From an uncultured candidatus Porisulfidus sp. (lineage in GTDB: Bacteria > Pseudomonadota > Gammaproteobacteria > Poriferisulfidales > Poriferisulfidaceae), in assembly GCA_965116025.1 (NCBI GenBank), contig OZ220480.1, positions 1,376,001-1,440,000 of the forward strand: DNA of 64,000 nt, in the 5' to 3' direction. The notes beneath the pieces were generated by a model that worked only from the letters and a program-made list of their open reading frames with translations, ran no database searches and was not told where the DNA came from. Position 1 is the first letter of the stretch, and each line of letters starts with the position of its first letter. A program made the position numbers and the translations under genes. Shown here piece after piece: positions 43,006 to 53,582 of this stretch.

Positions 43006-43326
43006 ATGATCGAGACGATCGTTCAACTCGGCACCGCGGCGGCCATTCTGGCATTTCTTTGGAGTCTGCACCGGGATTCCGGCAAGTTGCACCGGGACAT
43101 GACCGAGCTTCACAAGGACATGGCCGCCCACCGCAAGGAGACGAGCCGAGACATTGCCAGCCTCCGCGAGGACATGGCCATCCACCGCAAGGAAACGAGT
43201 CGGGATATCGCTGATCATCGCAAGGAGACGAGTCAGGATATCGCCGCCCTTGGCCAGCGGATGGCGCGGGTGGAGGGCTTGCTGGAAGGCCTCGCCGCGC
43301 GCCGACCGCAAGATTTTCAAGACTGA
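43006..43326 (+). CDS. Membrane-anchored coiled-coil repeat protein, copy 1 (106 aa)
   Basis: AAGGGA RBS-like site, N-terminal hydrophobic helix, 7- and 11-aa repeats. Confidence 0.8.
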   Translation: MIETIVQLGTAAAILAFLWSLHRDSGKLHRDMTELHKDMAAHRKETSRDIASLREDMAIHRKETSRDIADHRKETSQDIAALGQRMARVEGLLEGLAARRPQDFQD

Positions 43327-43515
43327 CGAGCCGCGCGTTCGGGCGCGCCTTGCGATACTGGGGTTGCTCGTCCCGCGTGGCGGTGCTGGGCATGTTCGGG
43401 TCATGTTAGACTGTCGCCACACGCCCTCGACAAACGGATTTGATCAAGGGGGCATTCCGAATTAACCGACGGTTGGAATTTTAAGGCGGTCCGGCCAAGA
43501 ACAAGGGATGAAATC

Positions 43516-43869
43516 ATGATCGAGACGATCGTTCAGCTCGGCACCGCGGCGGCCATTCTGGCATTTCTTTGGAGTCTGCACCGGGATTCCGGCAAGTTGC
43601 ACCGGGACATGACCGAGCTTCACAAGGACATGGCCGCCCACCGCAAGGAGACGAGCCGAGACATTGCCAGCCTCCGCGAGGACATGGCCATCCACCGCAA
43701 GGAAACGAGTCGGGATATCGCCAGCCTCCGCGAGGAGACGAGCCGGGATATCGCTGATCATCGCAAGGAGACGAGTCAGGATATCGCCGCCCTTGGCCAG
43801 CGGATGGCGCGGGTGGAGGGTTTGCTGGAAGGCCTCGCCGCGCGCCGACCGCAAGATTTTCAAGACTGA
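43516..43869 (+). CDS. Membrane-anchored coiled-coil repeat protein, copy 2 (117 aa)
   Basis: As copy 1 plus one in-frame 33-bp module. Confidence 0.8.
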   Translation: MIETIVQLGTAAAILAFLWSLHRDSGKLHRDMTELHKDMAAHRKETSRDIASLREDMAIHRKETSRDIASLREETSRDIADHRKETSQDIAALGQRMARVEGLLEGLAARRPQDFQD

Positions 43870-44058
43870 CGAGCCGCGCGTTCGGGCGCGCCTTGCGATA
43901 CTGGGGTTGCTCGTCCCGCGTGGCGGTGCTGGGCATGTTCGGGTCATGTTAGACTGTCGCCACACGCCCTTGACAAACGGATTTGATCAAGGGGGCATTC
44001 CGAATTAACCGATGGTTGGAATTTTAAGGCGGTCCGGCCAAGAACAAGGGATGAAATC

Positions 44059-44433
44059 ATGATCGAGACGATCGTTCAGCTCGGCACCGCGGCGGCCATT
44101 CTGGCATTTCTTTGGAGTCTGCACCGGGATTCCGGCAAGTTGCACCGGGACATGACCGAGCTTCACAAGGACATGGCCGCCCACCGCAAGGAGACGAGCC
44201 GAGACATTGCCAACCTCCGCGAGGACATGGCCAGCCTCCGCGAGGAGACGAGCCAAGATATCGCCGGTCTCCGTGAGGACATGGCTATCCATCGCAAGGA
44301 AACGAGCCAGGATATCGCTGATCATCGCAAGGAGACGAGTCAGGATATCGCCGCCCTTGGTCAGCGTATGGCGCGGGTGGAGGGTTTGCTGGAAGGCCTC
44401 GCCGCGCGCCGATCGCGAGAGTCGAAAGCTTAA
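44059..44433 (+). CDS. Membrane-anchored coiled-coil repeat protein, copy 3 (124 aa)
   Basis: As copy 1 plus 54 bp (11+7 aa) and a different C-terminal tail. Confidence 0.8.
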   Translation: MIETIVQLGTAAAILAFLWSLHRDSGKLHRDMTELHKDMAAHRKETSRDIANLREDMASLREETSQDIAGLREDMAIHRKETSQDIADHRKETSQDIAALGQRMARVEGLLEGLAARRSRESKA

Positions 44434-44647
44434 CGGGGTCGCGCGCGGTCCCGAAACCGTTCCCAGACGTTGTTTCGCGCGGCTCTGGACGTGTTTTAGC
44501 TAGGGCGATGGCGATCAAGGAGAAGAATTTGGCGGATGGGTTTTTCTGGCCAGTCGCTCGCTTGGCCCGTTTCGGCGAAATCGGAGCCAGTCGCTCGCCT
44601 TTCCGCTCCGCCTCGATGCGGGGACGGGCGTTTCGTGGACTAGCCCC

Positions 44648-47317
44648 ATGACGTCGCCGCGCGCCGAGCGGCAGGATGTCGATCCTCTAGAAACCCAAGA
44701 GTGGCTGGAGGCCCTGGATTCGGTTTTCAAAGAGGAAGGCCCGGCGCGCGCCCATTATTTGATCGAGCGTCTGCTGGACCGCGCGCGGCGCTCCGGCCTG
44801 ACCATTCCGTACAGCGCGACGACGGCCTACCTCAACACCATTCCCGCGGCGCGGGAGGAGAATTGCCCGGGAGACGCCGCCTTGGAGTGGCGCATCCGCT
44901 CGCTGATCCGGTGGAACGCCATGGCGATGGTGGTGCGGGCGAACCAAGAGCATCCTGGCTTGGGCGGGCACGTGGCCACGTTCGCGTCGGTGGCCACCCT
45001 GTACGACGTCGGCTTCAATTACTTCTGGCGCGCGCCAGGCGAGGACCACGGCGGGGACCTGGTGTTCTTCCAGGGGCATTCGGCTCCGGGCGTTTACGCT
45101 CGCGCTTACCTAGAAGGCCGACTCGACAAAGAGCGCTTGCACCGCTTTCGCCGAGAGAGCGAGGGCGGCGGCCTGTCCTCGTACCCTCACCCGTACCTGA
45201 TGCCGGATTTTTGGCAGTTCCCGACCGTGTCCATGGGGCTGGGCCCGATCCAGGGAATCTATCAGGCGCGCTTCATGAAGTATCTCGACCACCGCGGCTT
45301 GCTGGACGCGGGCGACCGCAAGGTTTGGGTGTTCGTCGGGGACGGTGAGATGGACGAGCCGGAGTCGGTCGGCGCTCTTTCAGTGGCTGGGCGAGAGCGG
45401 CTCGACAACCTGATTTTCGTGGTCAACTGCAACCTGCAGCGCCTGGATGGCCCGGTGCGGGGCAACGGCAAGATCATCCAGGAGCTTGAAGGCGTGTTCC
45501 GTGGCGCTGGCTGGAACGTCATCAAGTTGATCTGGGGTTCCTACTGGGATCCGTTGCTGGCTCGGGATGTCCAGGGCGTTCTGCTCAAGCGGATGGAGGA
45601 GTGCGTCGACGGGGACTACCAGACCTACAGCGCGCGCGATGGCGCGTACGTCCGCGAGCATTTTTTCGGCAAGTATCCGGAGCTCGCGGAGATGGTCGCC
45701 AACCTGGCCGACCGGGACCTGTGGCGTCTGAACCGCGGCGGCCACGATCCGCACAAGGTGTACACCGCCTACCGCGCCGCCGTCGCTCACCGAGATCAGC
45801 CGACGGTCATTCTGGCCAAGACCGTCAAGGGCTATGGAATGGGAACGGCCGGAGAGGGGCTCAACATCACGCATCAGCAGAAGAAGTTGAGCGCGGATGA
45901 TTTGAAGGCGTTCCGTGATCGCTTCAAGATTCCGATCAGCGACGACGAGATTGAGGATCGGATTCCGTTTTATCGTCCGAGCGACGACAGCCCGGAGATC
46001 CGCTACCTGAAGGCTCGGCGCGCGGCTTTGGGCGGATATCTGCCGGCGCGCCGCCGGTCCGCCGCGCCGTTGCGCGTTCCGGACGGGATCCTTGACAAGA
46101 TGCTCGCTGGCACGGACGGACGCGAGATTTCCACCACCATGGCGTTGGTGCGAACGCTGTCCTGCTTGTTGCGCGACCCGGAGCTGGGCCCGCGGGTGGT
46201 GCCGATCGTGCCGGACGAATCCCGGACTTTCGGTATGGAAGGCATGTTCCGCCAGTTAGGAATCTACGCGCCGTTCGGGCAGTTGTATGAGCCGGAGGAC
46301 GCGGGCCAGCTGGCCTATTACCGAGAGGAGAGGACCGGGCAGGTTCTGGAGGAGGGCATCAACGAGGCGGGCGCGATGAGCTCGTTCCTGGCGGCCGGGA
46401 CTTCCTACAGCGCGCACGGCATGCAGATGGTTCCGTTTTACATCTTCTATTCGATGTTCGGCTTCCAGCGCGTGGGCGACCTGATCTGGTCGGCGGGCGA
46501 CCTGCAGGCGCGCGGCTTCCTGATCGGCGGCACCGCCGGGCGCACCACGTTGCCCGGAGAGGGGTTGCAGCACCAGGACGGGCACAGCCATCTCGCGGCT
46601 TCCGGAGTGCCGAATTGCTATCCGTACGACGCCGCCTACGCTTATGAGGTGGCGGTGATCGTCGAGGATGGCTTGCGGCGCATGTGCGAGTTGCAGCAGA
46701 ATCGCTTCTACTACCTAACGGTCGAGAACGAGAGCTACGCGCATCCCCCCATGCCCGAATCCGCGCGGGAGGGAATCCTGGCGGGACTGCATCCGGTCGC
46801 GCGGGCGCGGGATCCAGACGCGGTCCGCGTGCAATTGCTGGGCTCTGGAGCCATTCTGCGCGAGACTCTGGAGGCCGCCGAGAGATTGCGCGCCCACGGG
46901 GTGGAGTCGGACGTGTGGAGCGTCACCAGCTTCGCGTTGCTGGCGCGCGATGGCGCTCGGGTGGCGCGGCATAATCGCCTGCATCCCGAAAGTCCGCGGG
47001 TTTCTTGGGTTGAGCGTTGCTTGGCCGACCATCCTGGGCCGATCATCGCGGCCAGCGACTACGTTCGCATGCACGCGGAGCAGATTCGCTTTTGCCTGCC
47101 CGCTGGGCGCGACTATCGGACGCTTGGCACCGACGGTTTCGGACGAAGCGACACGCGGGAGAAGTTGCGCGAGTTTTTCGAGGTCAACGCTGATCACATC
47201 CTGCATGCCGCGGCGCGGGCGCTTGAGGATTCGGGGCGGATCGGCGCGGCGGCGGCGCGAAAGATCGTGGCCGAATGCGCGGTGGATCCGAACCGCCCGG
47301 ATCCGCTCGCCTCATGA
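44648..47317 (+). CDS. aceE: Pyruvate dehydrogenase E1, homodimeric type
   Basis: DVDPLETQEW, FQGHSAPG, FPTVSMGLGP, GDGEMDE...NCNLQRLDG, GEGLQHQDGH. Confidence 0.98.
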   Translation: MTSPRAERQDVDPLETQEWLEALDSVFKEEGPARAHYLIERLLDRARRSGLTIPYSATTAYLNTIPAAREENCPGDAALEWRIRSLIRWNAMAMVVRANQEHPGLGGHVATFASVATLYDVGFNYFWRAPGEDHGGDLVFFQGHSAPGVYARAYLEGRLDKERLHRFRRESEGGGLSSYPHPYLMPDFWQFPTVSMGLGPIQGIYQARFMKYLDHRGLLDAGDRKVWVFVGDGEMDEPESVGALSVAGRERLDNLIFVVNCNLQRLDGPVRGNGKIIQELEGVFRGAGWNVIKLIWGSYWDPLLARDVQGVLLKRMEECVDGDYQTYSARDGAYVREHFFGKYPELAEMVANLADRDLWRLNRGGHDPHKVYTAYRAAVAHRDQPTVILAKTVKGYGMGTAGEGLNITHQQKKLSADDLKAFRDRFKIPISDDEIEDRIPFYRPSDDSPEIRYLKARRAALGGYLPARRRSAAPLRVPDGILDKMLAGTDGREISTTMALVRTLSCLLRDPELGPRVVPIVPDESRTFGMEGMFRQLGIYAPFGQLYEPEDAGQLAYYREERTGQVLEEGINEAGAMSSFLAAGTSYSAHGMQMVPFYIFYSMFGFQRVGDLIWSAGDLQARGFLIGGTAGRTTLPGEGLQHQDGHSHLAASGVPNCYPYDAAYAYEVAVIVEDGLRRMCELQQNRFYYLTVENESYAHPPMPESAREGILAGLHPVARARDPDAVRVQLLGSGAILRETLEAAERLRAHGVESDVWSVTSFALLARDGARVARHNRLHPESPRVSWVERCLADHPGPIIAASDYVRMHAEQIRFCLPAGRDYRTLGTDGFGRSDTREKLREFFEVNADHILHAAARALEDSGRIGAAAARKIVAECAVDPNRPDPLAS

Positions 47318-48597
47318 GCCAGGAAATTCGGGTTCCCGACATGGGGGACATCGAGGACGCGGAGGTGATCGAGGTCTTCGCGCGGGCTGGGCAGTCCATC
47401 ACCCAGGACGAGCCGCTGATCACCTTGGAATCGGACAAGGCCGCCATGGATTTGCCGGCTCCGTTCGGTGGAGTGGTAGAGGCCATGCACGTGAAGGTCG
47501 GGGATCGGGTGGCGGCGGACGCGCTGGTCGCGACCCTGACCGACCGGCCGGAAGCTACGGCGCCGGAACCCGGTTCTGCCGAGGGTGAGCCTGCCCCGCG
47601 TCCCGAGCCCGTTCCCGCTCCTCCGGTTGTTGAATCCGCCGTCAGTCCAGTTTCGCCGCCAGCGGTTCCAGAGTCTCCCCGCCTCGGCGCGGCGCCCCAT
47701 GCTGGGCCTGCCGTGCGCCGGTTCGCGCGCGAGTTGGGCGTGGATCTGGAGCGGGTCTCCGGTAGCGGGCGCAAGGGTCGGATTACCCGGGAGGACATCC
47801 AGCATTACGTGAAGGCGATCCTGACCCGGCGGCAGGAGTCGACGGTCGCCGTCCGTCCGTCCGGTCCGCCGGTGGACGCTGATCGGTTCGGACCGACCCG
47901 AATCGAGCCGCTGACGAGGATTCGGAGACGTTCCGGCGCGAACCTGCAGCGCAACTGGCAAGTGGCCCCGCACGTCACCCAGCATCATAGGGCCGACATC
48001 ACCGAATTGGATCGTGTCCAGCGGGGTCTGCGCGAGAGGAAAGGCTTCGAGGCGCTGACCATCACGGCCTGCGCGCTGCGGGCTTGCGCGCAAACGCTGA
48101 GACGCTTTCCTCGAATTAATGCGTCGCTGAGCGAAGATGGGCGGGATCTGGTGATTCGCGAGTACATCCATATCGGGTTCGCGGCGAACACCGATCAGGG
48201 ATTGGTCGTCCCGGTCGTTCGCGACGCCGATCAGAAGCCGGTTCCCGTTCTCGCTGAGGAGATCGCCGCTTTGGCCGAACAGGCGCGGACCCAGCGATTG
48301 TCGGCCGATGACATGCGGGGCGGCGGCTTCACCCTGTCCAACCTCGGCGGCGTCGGAGGCGGGCATTTCACTCCCGTCATCAACCTTCCTCAGGTCGCGG
48401 TGCTAGGCGTCTCGCGCGCCGTGCGCGAGCCGGTCTGCGTCGAAGACCGGATCGAATCGAGATTGATGATGCCGTTCTCGCTATCTTACGATCATCGCGT
48501 CATCGATGGCGTGGAGGGGGCCCGGTTCGTGATGGAATTGGCTTCGTTGCTGGAGCGGCCCGATCAGTTGGACTGGGGAGAGGAGGGAATTCCGTGA
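47314..48597 (+). CDS. aceF: Dihydrolipoyllysine acetyltransferase E2 with a single lipoyl domain
   Basis: LESDKA lipoyl site, AGPAVRRFARE, DHRVIDG. Confidence 0.95.
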   Translation: MSQEIRVPDMGDIEDAEVIEVFARAGQSITQDEPLITLESDKAAMDLPAPFGGVVEAMHVKVGDRVAADALVATLTDRPEATAPEPGSAEGEPAPRPEPVPAPPVVESAVSPVSPPAVPESPRLGAAPHAGPAVRRFARELGVDLERVSGSGRKGRITREDIQHYVKAILTRRQESTVAVRPSGPPVDADRFGPTRIEPLTRIRRRSGANLQRNWQVAPHVTQHHRADITELDRVQRGLRERKGFEALTITACALRACAQTLRRFPRINASLSEDGRDLVIREYIHIGFAANTDQGLVVPVVRDADQKPVPVLAEEIAALAEQARTQRLSADDMRGGGFTLSNLGGVGGGHFTPVINLPQVAVLGVSRAVREPVCVEDRIESRLMMPFSLSYDHRVIDGVEGARFVMELASLLERPDQLDWGEEGIP

Positions 48598-49997
48598 AAT
48601 CGATCGATCTGGTGGTGATCGGGGGCGGCCCCGGGGGCTACAGCGCCGCGTTCCGGGCATCGGACCTGGGCATGAAGGTGGCGCTGGTGGAATCGCGCCC
48701 GCGTCTAGGCGGCGTGTGCTTGAACGTCGGTTGCATTCCGTCCAAGACGCTTCTGCATGCGGCCAGCCTGATAGAGGACGCGGCGGAATGGCGGGAGCGG
48801 GGCGTGGCGTTCGACCCGCCGCGAATCGATCTGGAGGCGTTGCGCGACTGGAAGGAGAGAAGCGTCGCGCGATTGGCCGACGGTCTCGGCGCGCTGGCCA
48901 AGCGTCGCGGGGTCGAGGTGGCGGTCGGCAGAGGAGAATTCGCGTCCGCGCATACGCTCGTGGTCGAGACCGCGCGGGGAAAAGAAGAGACGCGCTTCGG
49001 ACAGGCCATCATCGCGACGGGATCCCGGCCGATCAAGTTGGAGGCGTTTCCGGATGATTCCCGGATCCTGGATTCCTCGTCCGCGCTCGATCTGTCAGAG
49101 ATTCCAGGGCGGTTGCTGGTCGTGGGGGGCGGCGTCTTGGGTCTGGAGCTCGCCACGGTGTTCCGCGCCTTGGGATCGCGGGTCACCGTGGTGGAGGCGC
49201 GGGAGCAGGTGATGGGGGAGGCCGACAAGGACGTGGCGCGCGCCTATCTCAAGCGCAACGCGAAGCGATTCGCCGCATTGCGCACGAGCGCCCGGATAGA
49301 GAAGGTGGAAGCGAAAGAGGGTGAAGTCGCGGCGCGAATCAGGGGCGCGGAACGCCAATGGGAAGAGGCGTTCGACGCGGCGCTGGTGGCGGTCGGACGA
49401 GTGGCGAACAGCCAGGGTCTGGGTCTGGAGAGCGCCGGGGTCGAGTTGGAAGAATCTGGCGTGATTCCCGTCAATCACCAGCAACGCACGAATATTCCTC
49501 ACATCTTCGCCGTCGGCGACGTGACGGGCGCGCCGATGCTGGCGCATCGGGCTTCTTACCAAGGCCGGCTGGCGGCGGAAGTCGCGGCGGGCATGAGGTC
49601 CGCGTATGAGGCGAGAGTCGTTCCCTCGGTGGCTTACACTGATCCGGAGGTCGCGTGGGCGGGGCTGACCGAGCGCGAGTGCAAGGCTCGCGGGATCGCG
49701 TATGAGCGGGGCGTTTTCCCGTGGGCGGCGAGCGGCCGGGCGGTCGGGATCGGCCGCGTCGAGGGCATGACCAAGTTGCTGTTCGATTCGGAGACGAAGC
49801 GTCTGGTCGGAGCGGCCGTGGTCGGCGTCCATGCCGGAGAGTTGATCGCGGAGGCCGCGTTGGCCATCGAGACCGGCTGCGAGGCGGGAGACATCGCCGG
49901 CACGATCCATCCGCACCCGACGTTCTCGGAGACCTTGGCGCAAGCCAGCGAGGTGGCTCAGGGGACGGCGACGGAGATTCTGACTACGAGGGAGTGA
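48594..49997 (+). CDS. lpdA: Dihydrolipoyl dehydrogenase E3
   Basis: GGGPGG, GGVCLNVGCIPSK, IHPHPTFSE. Confidence 0.97.
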   Translation: MKSIDLVVIGGGPGGYSAAFRASDLGMKVALVESRPRLGGVCLNVGCIPSKTLLHAASLIEDAAEWRERGVAFDPPRIDLEALRDWKERSVARLADGLGALAKRRGVEVAVGRGEFASAHTLVVETARGKEETRFGQAIIATGSRPIKLEAFPDDSRILDSSSALDLSEIPGRLLVVGGGVLGLELATVFRALGSRVTVVEAREQVMGEADKDVARAYLKRNAKRFAALRTSARIEKVEAKEGEVAARIRGAERQWEEAFDAALVAVGRVANSQGLGLESAGVELEESGVIPVNHQQRTNIPHIFAVGDVTGAPMLAHRASYQGRLAAEVAAGMRSAYEARVVPSVAYTDPEVAWAGLTERECKARGIAYERGVFPWAASGRAVGIGRVEGMTKLLFDSETKRLVGAAVVGVHAGELIAEAALAIETGCEAGDIAGTIHPHPTFSETLAQASEVAQGTATEILTTRE

Positions 49998-50028
49998 CCC
50001 GGAAAAGCGGGATTCATTGACGATGCCA

Positions 50029-50871
50029 TTAGAGCGTCGCGAGGCAGATCCGCGGCAAGCCCGCGAGATCGGTCAACGTCTTCGGTCGGCCCCATCCCGC
50101 TCGCGCGACGATTTTCCGGCAAGTCGCGCCTTGGTCCGCGCCGTGCTCCAGCAGCAACCGGGCGCGCCGCCGCGCCCGACTCCGCGCCCGTTCGGCCAAG
50201 ACCCGGAGCGCTTGGGTCCCCGAGGCGGGGGCGACCAGAGCGTGGCGAGGCTCCCGGCGCACGCCGGGAGACCGCAGACACGGATCGTGCGGGGCGACGT
50301 ACGGCGGGTTGCCGAGAATCAGGTCGAAGGTCGCGTCGGGCCATGGGCCGCGCCAGTCGCCGCGGGCGAAGCGGACGTTCTCGAGTCGCAGACGCGAGGC
50401 GTTGCCTCGCGCTAGCCGGACCGCGGCGCGCGACAGATCCAGAGCCAGAACTCGGCAGTCCGGCCGGGCGCGGGCCAGAGCTAGGGCGAGCGCGCCGCTG
50501 CCTGTTCCCCATTCGAGGACGCGCGCGCGCGGTGGGAGGTCAAGCGTGGCGCGTTCCGCCAGCAACTCCGTCTCCGGGCGAGGGGCCAGCGTCTGGAGCG
50601 TCAGCCGGATCGAGAAGTCCAGAAAATCGGATTCGCCCAGCAAATGGTCGATCGAACGCCCTTCCCGTCGGCGCCGGATCAGGGATTCGCCCCGCGCTTG
50701 TTGCGCGGGCGTCAGTGGAAGTTCCGGGCGCGCCAGGAGCCAGGCTCGGGAATGGCGCAGGGCGTGGCTCCACAGCCATTCGGCGTCGCTGGCCGGACTG
50801 TCGCTGCAGGAGCTCAGTCGGGTTCGGGATTCCAGCAGCGCCTGGCGGAGCGCGCGCGGCTTATCCGTCAC
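50029..50871 (-). CDS. prmC: Release factor glutamine methyltransferase
   Basis: PRPETE, GTGSGA, GNPPY; downstream of prfA; GTG start inferred. Confidence 0.9.
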   Translation of the reverse strand: MTDKPRALRQALLESRTRLSSCSDSPASDAEWLWSHALRHSRAWLLARPELPLTPAQQARGESLIRRRREGRSIDHLLGESDFLDFSIRLTLQTLAPRPETELLAERATLDLPPRARVLEWGTGSGALALALARARPDCRVLALDLSRAAVRLARGNASRLRLENVRFARGDWRGPWPDATFDLILGNPPYVAPHDPCLRSPGVRREPRHALVAPASGTQALRVLAERARSRARRRARLLLEHGADQGATCRKIVARAGWGRPKTLTDLAGLPRICLATL

Positions 50872-51946
50872 CGGCTCGCTCGGCCCGCATGGCGTGACGC
50901 TCTCGGCGAAGAGGGTCGAGGACCGGATCGAGATCCCCCTCGAGCATCTCGTGCAGAGCATGCACGGTCAGCCCGATGCGGTGGTCCGTGACGCGACTCT
51001 GCGGGAAGTTGTACGTGCGGATCCGTTCCGAGCGGTCCCCGCTGCCGATCAGGTCGCGGCGGAGGCTGGCCTCCTCCTCGGCGCGGCGGCGACGTTCCCG
51101 ATCTAGCAATCGCGCGCGCAGCAGAGACATGGCCTGCTCGCGATTGCGGTGTTGCGAGCGCTCGTCCTGGCATTCGACCACGATCCCGGTGGGCAGGTGC
51201 GTCACGCGCACCGCGGAGTCGGTTTTGTTGAGGTGCTGCCCCCCGGCTCCGGAAGCCCGGAACCGGTCGACGCGCACGTCTTCCGGCGCGACCTCGATCT
51301 CGCCGATCTCGTCGGTTTCCGGGAACACCGCGACGGTGGCGGCCGAGGTGTGAACGCGCCCCTGGGATTCCGTTTGGGGAACGCGCTGCACCCGGTGCGC
51401 GCCGCACTCGAACCGGAGCCGGGCGTAGACGTCCCGACCGCGGATCCGCGCCACGATCTCACGAAAACCTCCTCGCTCTCCCTCGTTGCAGCTGACGCGC
51501 TCCACGCGCCAGCCGTTGCGCTCGGCGTAACGGCTGTACATCCGGAACAGGTCGCCCGCGAACAAGGCCGCCTCGTCGCCCCCGGCGCCCGCGCGGATTT
51601 CCAGAAACGCGTCGCGCCGGTCGTGCGGGTCGTCCGGGATCAGCGCGTTCTCGATCCGTTTCTCGATTTCTTCCATCCGTTGCCGCAGAAGCGCGAGCTC
51701 CTCGTCGGCGAGGGCGCGCAACGCGGCATCCGGATCGTCTCGCATCCCGGCGATCGAGTCCCGTTCCCGCTGGCAAGCCTGATATTCTTGGTATCGCTCC
51801 ACCAGCGGAGCGAGTCGCGCGAATTCGCTGGACAGTTCGCGATGCCGCGCGCGGTCGGACAGGACCTCCGGGTCCGCGAGTTGCGGCTGAATCCGGGCAT
51901 GGCGCTCGACCGAGCGGTCGAGCCGCGCCCGAAGCGACTCCCTCAT
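50861..51946 (-). CDS. prfA: Peptide chain release factor 1
   Basis: [41 protein letters not shown]; start overlaps the hemA stop. Confidence 0.96.
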   Translation of the reverse strand: MRESLRARLDRSVERHARIQPQLADPEVLSDRARHRELSSEFARLAPLVERYQEYQACQRERDSIAGMRDDPDAALRALADEELALLRQRMEEIEKRIENALIPDDPHDRRDAFLEIRAGAGGDEAALFAGDLFRMYSRYAERNGWRVERVSCNEGERGGFREIVARIRGRDVYARLRFECGAHRVQRVPQTESQGRVHTSAATVAVFPETDEIGEIEVAPEDVRVDRFRASGAGGQHLNKTDSAVRVTHLPTGIVVECQDERSQHRNREQAMSLLRARLLDRERRRRAEEEASLRRDLIGSGDRSERIRTYNFPQSRVTDHRIGLTVHALHEMLEGDLDPVLDPLRRERHAMRAERAGDG

Positions 51947-53208
51947 GAGTCTGGCGGGCGGATCCGAAGCAGGGCGCGCGCCGAGTCGAGCAGGGAAAGG
52001 TCGTTGTCTTTGCCGGCCTCGTTCAGGGCCTGGGTCGGGTCGTGCGTCAGCCGGTTGCATAGCGTGTTGGCGAGCCATTCCAGGGTCTCGTCGGCCCCGC
52101 GTCCGCGGCGCAACCGCCGCCGCGCCTGCTCCAGCGTCTCGTTCCGCAACCGTCGCGTTTGGTCGCGGTAGTCCCGGATCAGGGCGAACGCGGATTCGCT
52201 TCGCGCGCGCCGCGCGAACTCTTCCACTTGCTGATCGATGATGGCGCTCGCTTCTTGGCGCGCGCTTTCGCGGGACCGCAGATTCTTCTCGACGACCTGG
52301 CGCAGGTCTTCCTGGGTGTACAGGTAGATGTCGGAGAGATGCGCGACGCGCGGCTCGATGTCGCGCGGCACCGCCAGATCCACCATGTAGATCGGCCGAT
52401 GCCGGCGCCGCTGGATAGCGTCCTCGACGGTCCCTTTGCCGAGCACGGGCACCGGGCTGCCCGTGCTGCTGATGACGATGTCCGCGTCTTCCAGCGCGTG
52501 GCCGATGTGGGAGATTGGGATCGCGTGGGCCAGCAGGTCGCGGGCCAGTTGCCGCGCGCGGTCCAGATTCCGATTGGCGATCGTGAGGTGGCCGACTCCC
52601 GCGTCGTGCAGGTAGCGCGCCACCAGCCGCGCGGCCTCGCCGGCGCCGATCACCAGCGCCCGGCGCTCCTGCAGTTGATCGAAGAACTGCCGGGTGAGCG
52701 AGACCGCGACATGAGCGATGGAGACCGGGTTGCGGCTGATCTCGGTCCTCGTGCGCACTTTTTTCGCCGCCGAGAAAGTATGCTGGATCAAGTGGCGGAG
52801 CTCTCCGCCTAATGTGCCGGCCCGTTCCGCGTCGCGCGACGCTTGCTTGAACTGCCCGAAGATCTCCGGCTCGCCGGGCACCATGGAGTCCAGCCCGCTG
52901 GCGACCTCTATGGCATGCCGCACCGCGGCCTCTCCGGCGTGCCAGTACAGCGCGTCCTTCAGGTCTCCGCGCTCCACCTGATGCCAGTGGCAAAGCCAGT
53001 CGCGGACGCGCTCGATACCGTCCGCGCCATCATGGCTGAGATACAATTCGGTACGGTTGCAGGTGGAGAGAATGACCGCCTCGCTGACGCTCGACAGCGC
53101 CGCCAGCTCCCGGAGGGCGGCGTTCACCGAATCTTGGGTGAACGAGACTCTCTCGCGCAGATCGAGATCGGCGGTCCGGTGATTGATGCCAAGGGCGGCC
53201 AATGCCAT
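51943..53208 (-). CDS. hemA: Glutamyl-tRNA reductase
   Basis: [37 protein letters not shown]. Confidence 0.97.
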   Translation of the reverse strand: MALAALGINHRTADLDLRERVSFTQDSVNAALRELAALSSVSEAVILSTCNRTELYLSHDGADGIERVRDWLCHWHQVERGDLKDALYWHAGEAAVRHAIEVASGLDSMVPGEPEIFGQFKQASRDAERAGTLGGELRHLIQHTFSAAKKVRTRTEISRNPVSIAHVAVSLTRQFFDQLQERRALVIGAGEAARLVARYLHDAGVGHLTIANRNLDRARQLARDLLAHAIPISHIGHALEDADIVISSTGSPVPVLGKGTVEDAIQRRRHRPIYMVDLAVPRDIEPRVAHLSDIYLYTQEDLRQVVEKNLRSRESARQEASAIIDQQVEEFARRARSESAFALIRDYRDQTRRLRNETLEQARRRLRRGRGADETLEWLANTLCNRLTHDPTQALNEAGKDNDLSLLDSARALLRIRPPDS

Positions 53209-53354
53209 AATATCGGGCTCCCGCGTGGTGTCCGCGACTGCTCTCGACAATTTTACGCCAACGATCCCACGCCGCGCGGCCGCGCGGGGTCGCTCGGCGC
53301 GATCAGGCCGGAAGCCCGACGCCACGACATCAGCGAAATCCAGGAGGTTGGAGC

Positions 53355-53582
53355 ATGAGAACTTTCGGAATCGTAACCGCCGTCTTGGGCGCCATTCTGG
53401 GATTTCTCATCGGGCCGTTCGGGTGGTTCCTGCTGATCGTCGGGCTGCTCCTGATGATCGCCGCTTCCGCCGGGAAAGAGAAATCGCCAAAACCGGCCAG
53501 CGGCCAATCGACGGGCGGATACGCGGGGCTCGCGAAAAATAAGAAGCCTGGGCGCCGCGGCCCGGATTCCTTGGGCAAGTGA
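53355..53582 (+). CDS. Small membrane protein with a basic tail
   Basis: AGGAGG RBS, two hydrophobic segments, stop overlaps the next start (GTGA). Confidence 0.65.
   Translation: MRTFGIVTAVLGAILGFLIGPFGWFLLIVGLLLMIAASAGKEKSPKPASGQSTGGYAGLAKNKKPGRRGPDSLGK

Larger units (their letters stand above)
42830..44433 (+). repeat. Array of three long direct repeats (spacing 510 and 543 bp), each a ~190-bp leader plus an ORF
   Basis: Near-identical leaders and ORF starts at 43006, 43516 and 44059. Confidence 0.95.

Noticed and set aside
42830-44433. Possible CRISPR array or integron cassette array
   Set aside because: No short repeats with unique spacers, no cas or integrase gene, no convincing attC sites; the units are whole duplicated genes
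51947-52993. Apparent 710-aa RF1 fusion
   Set aside because: Alternative-frame overlap with hemA; RF1 begins at 51946
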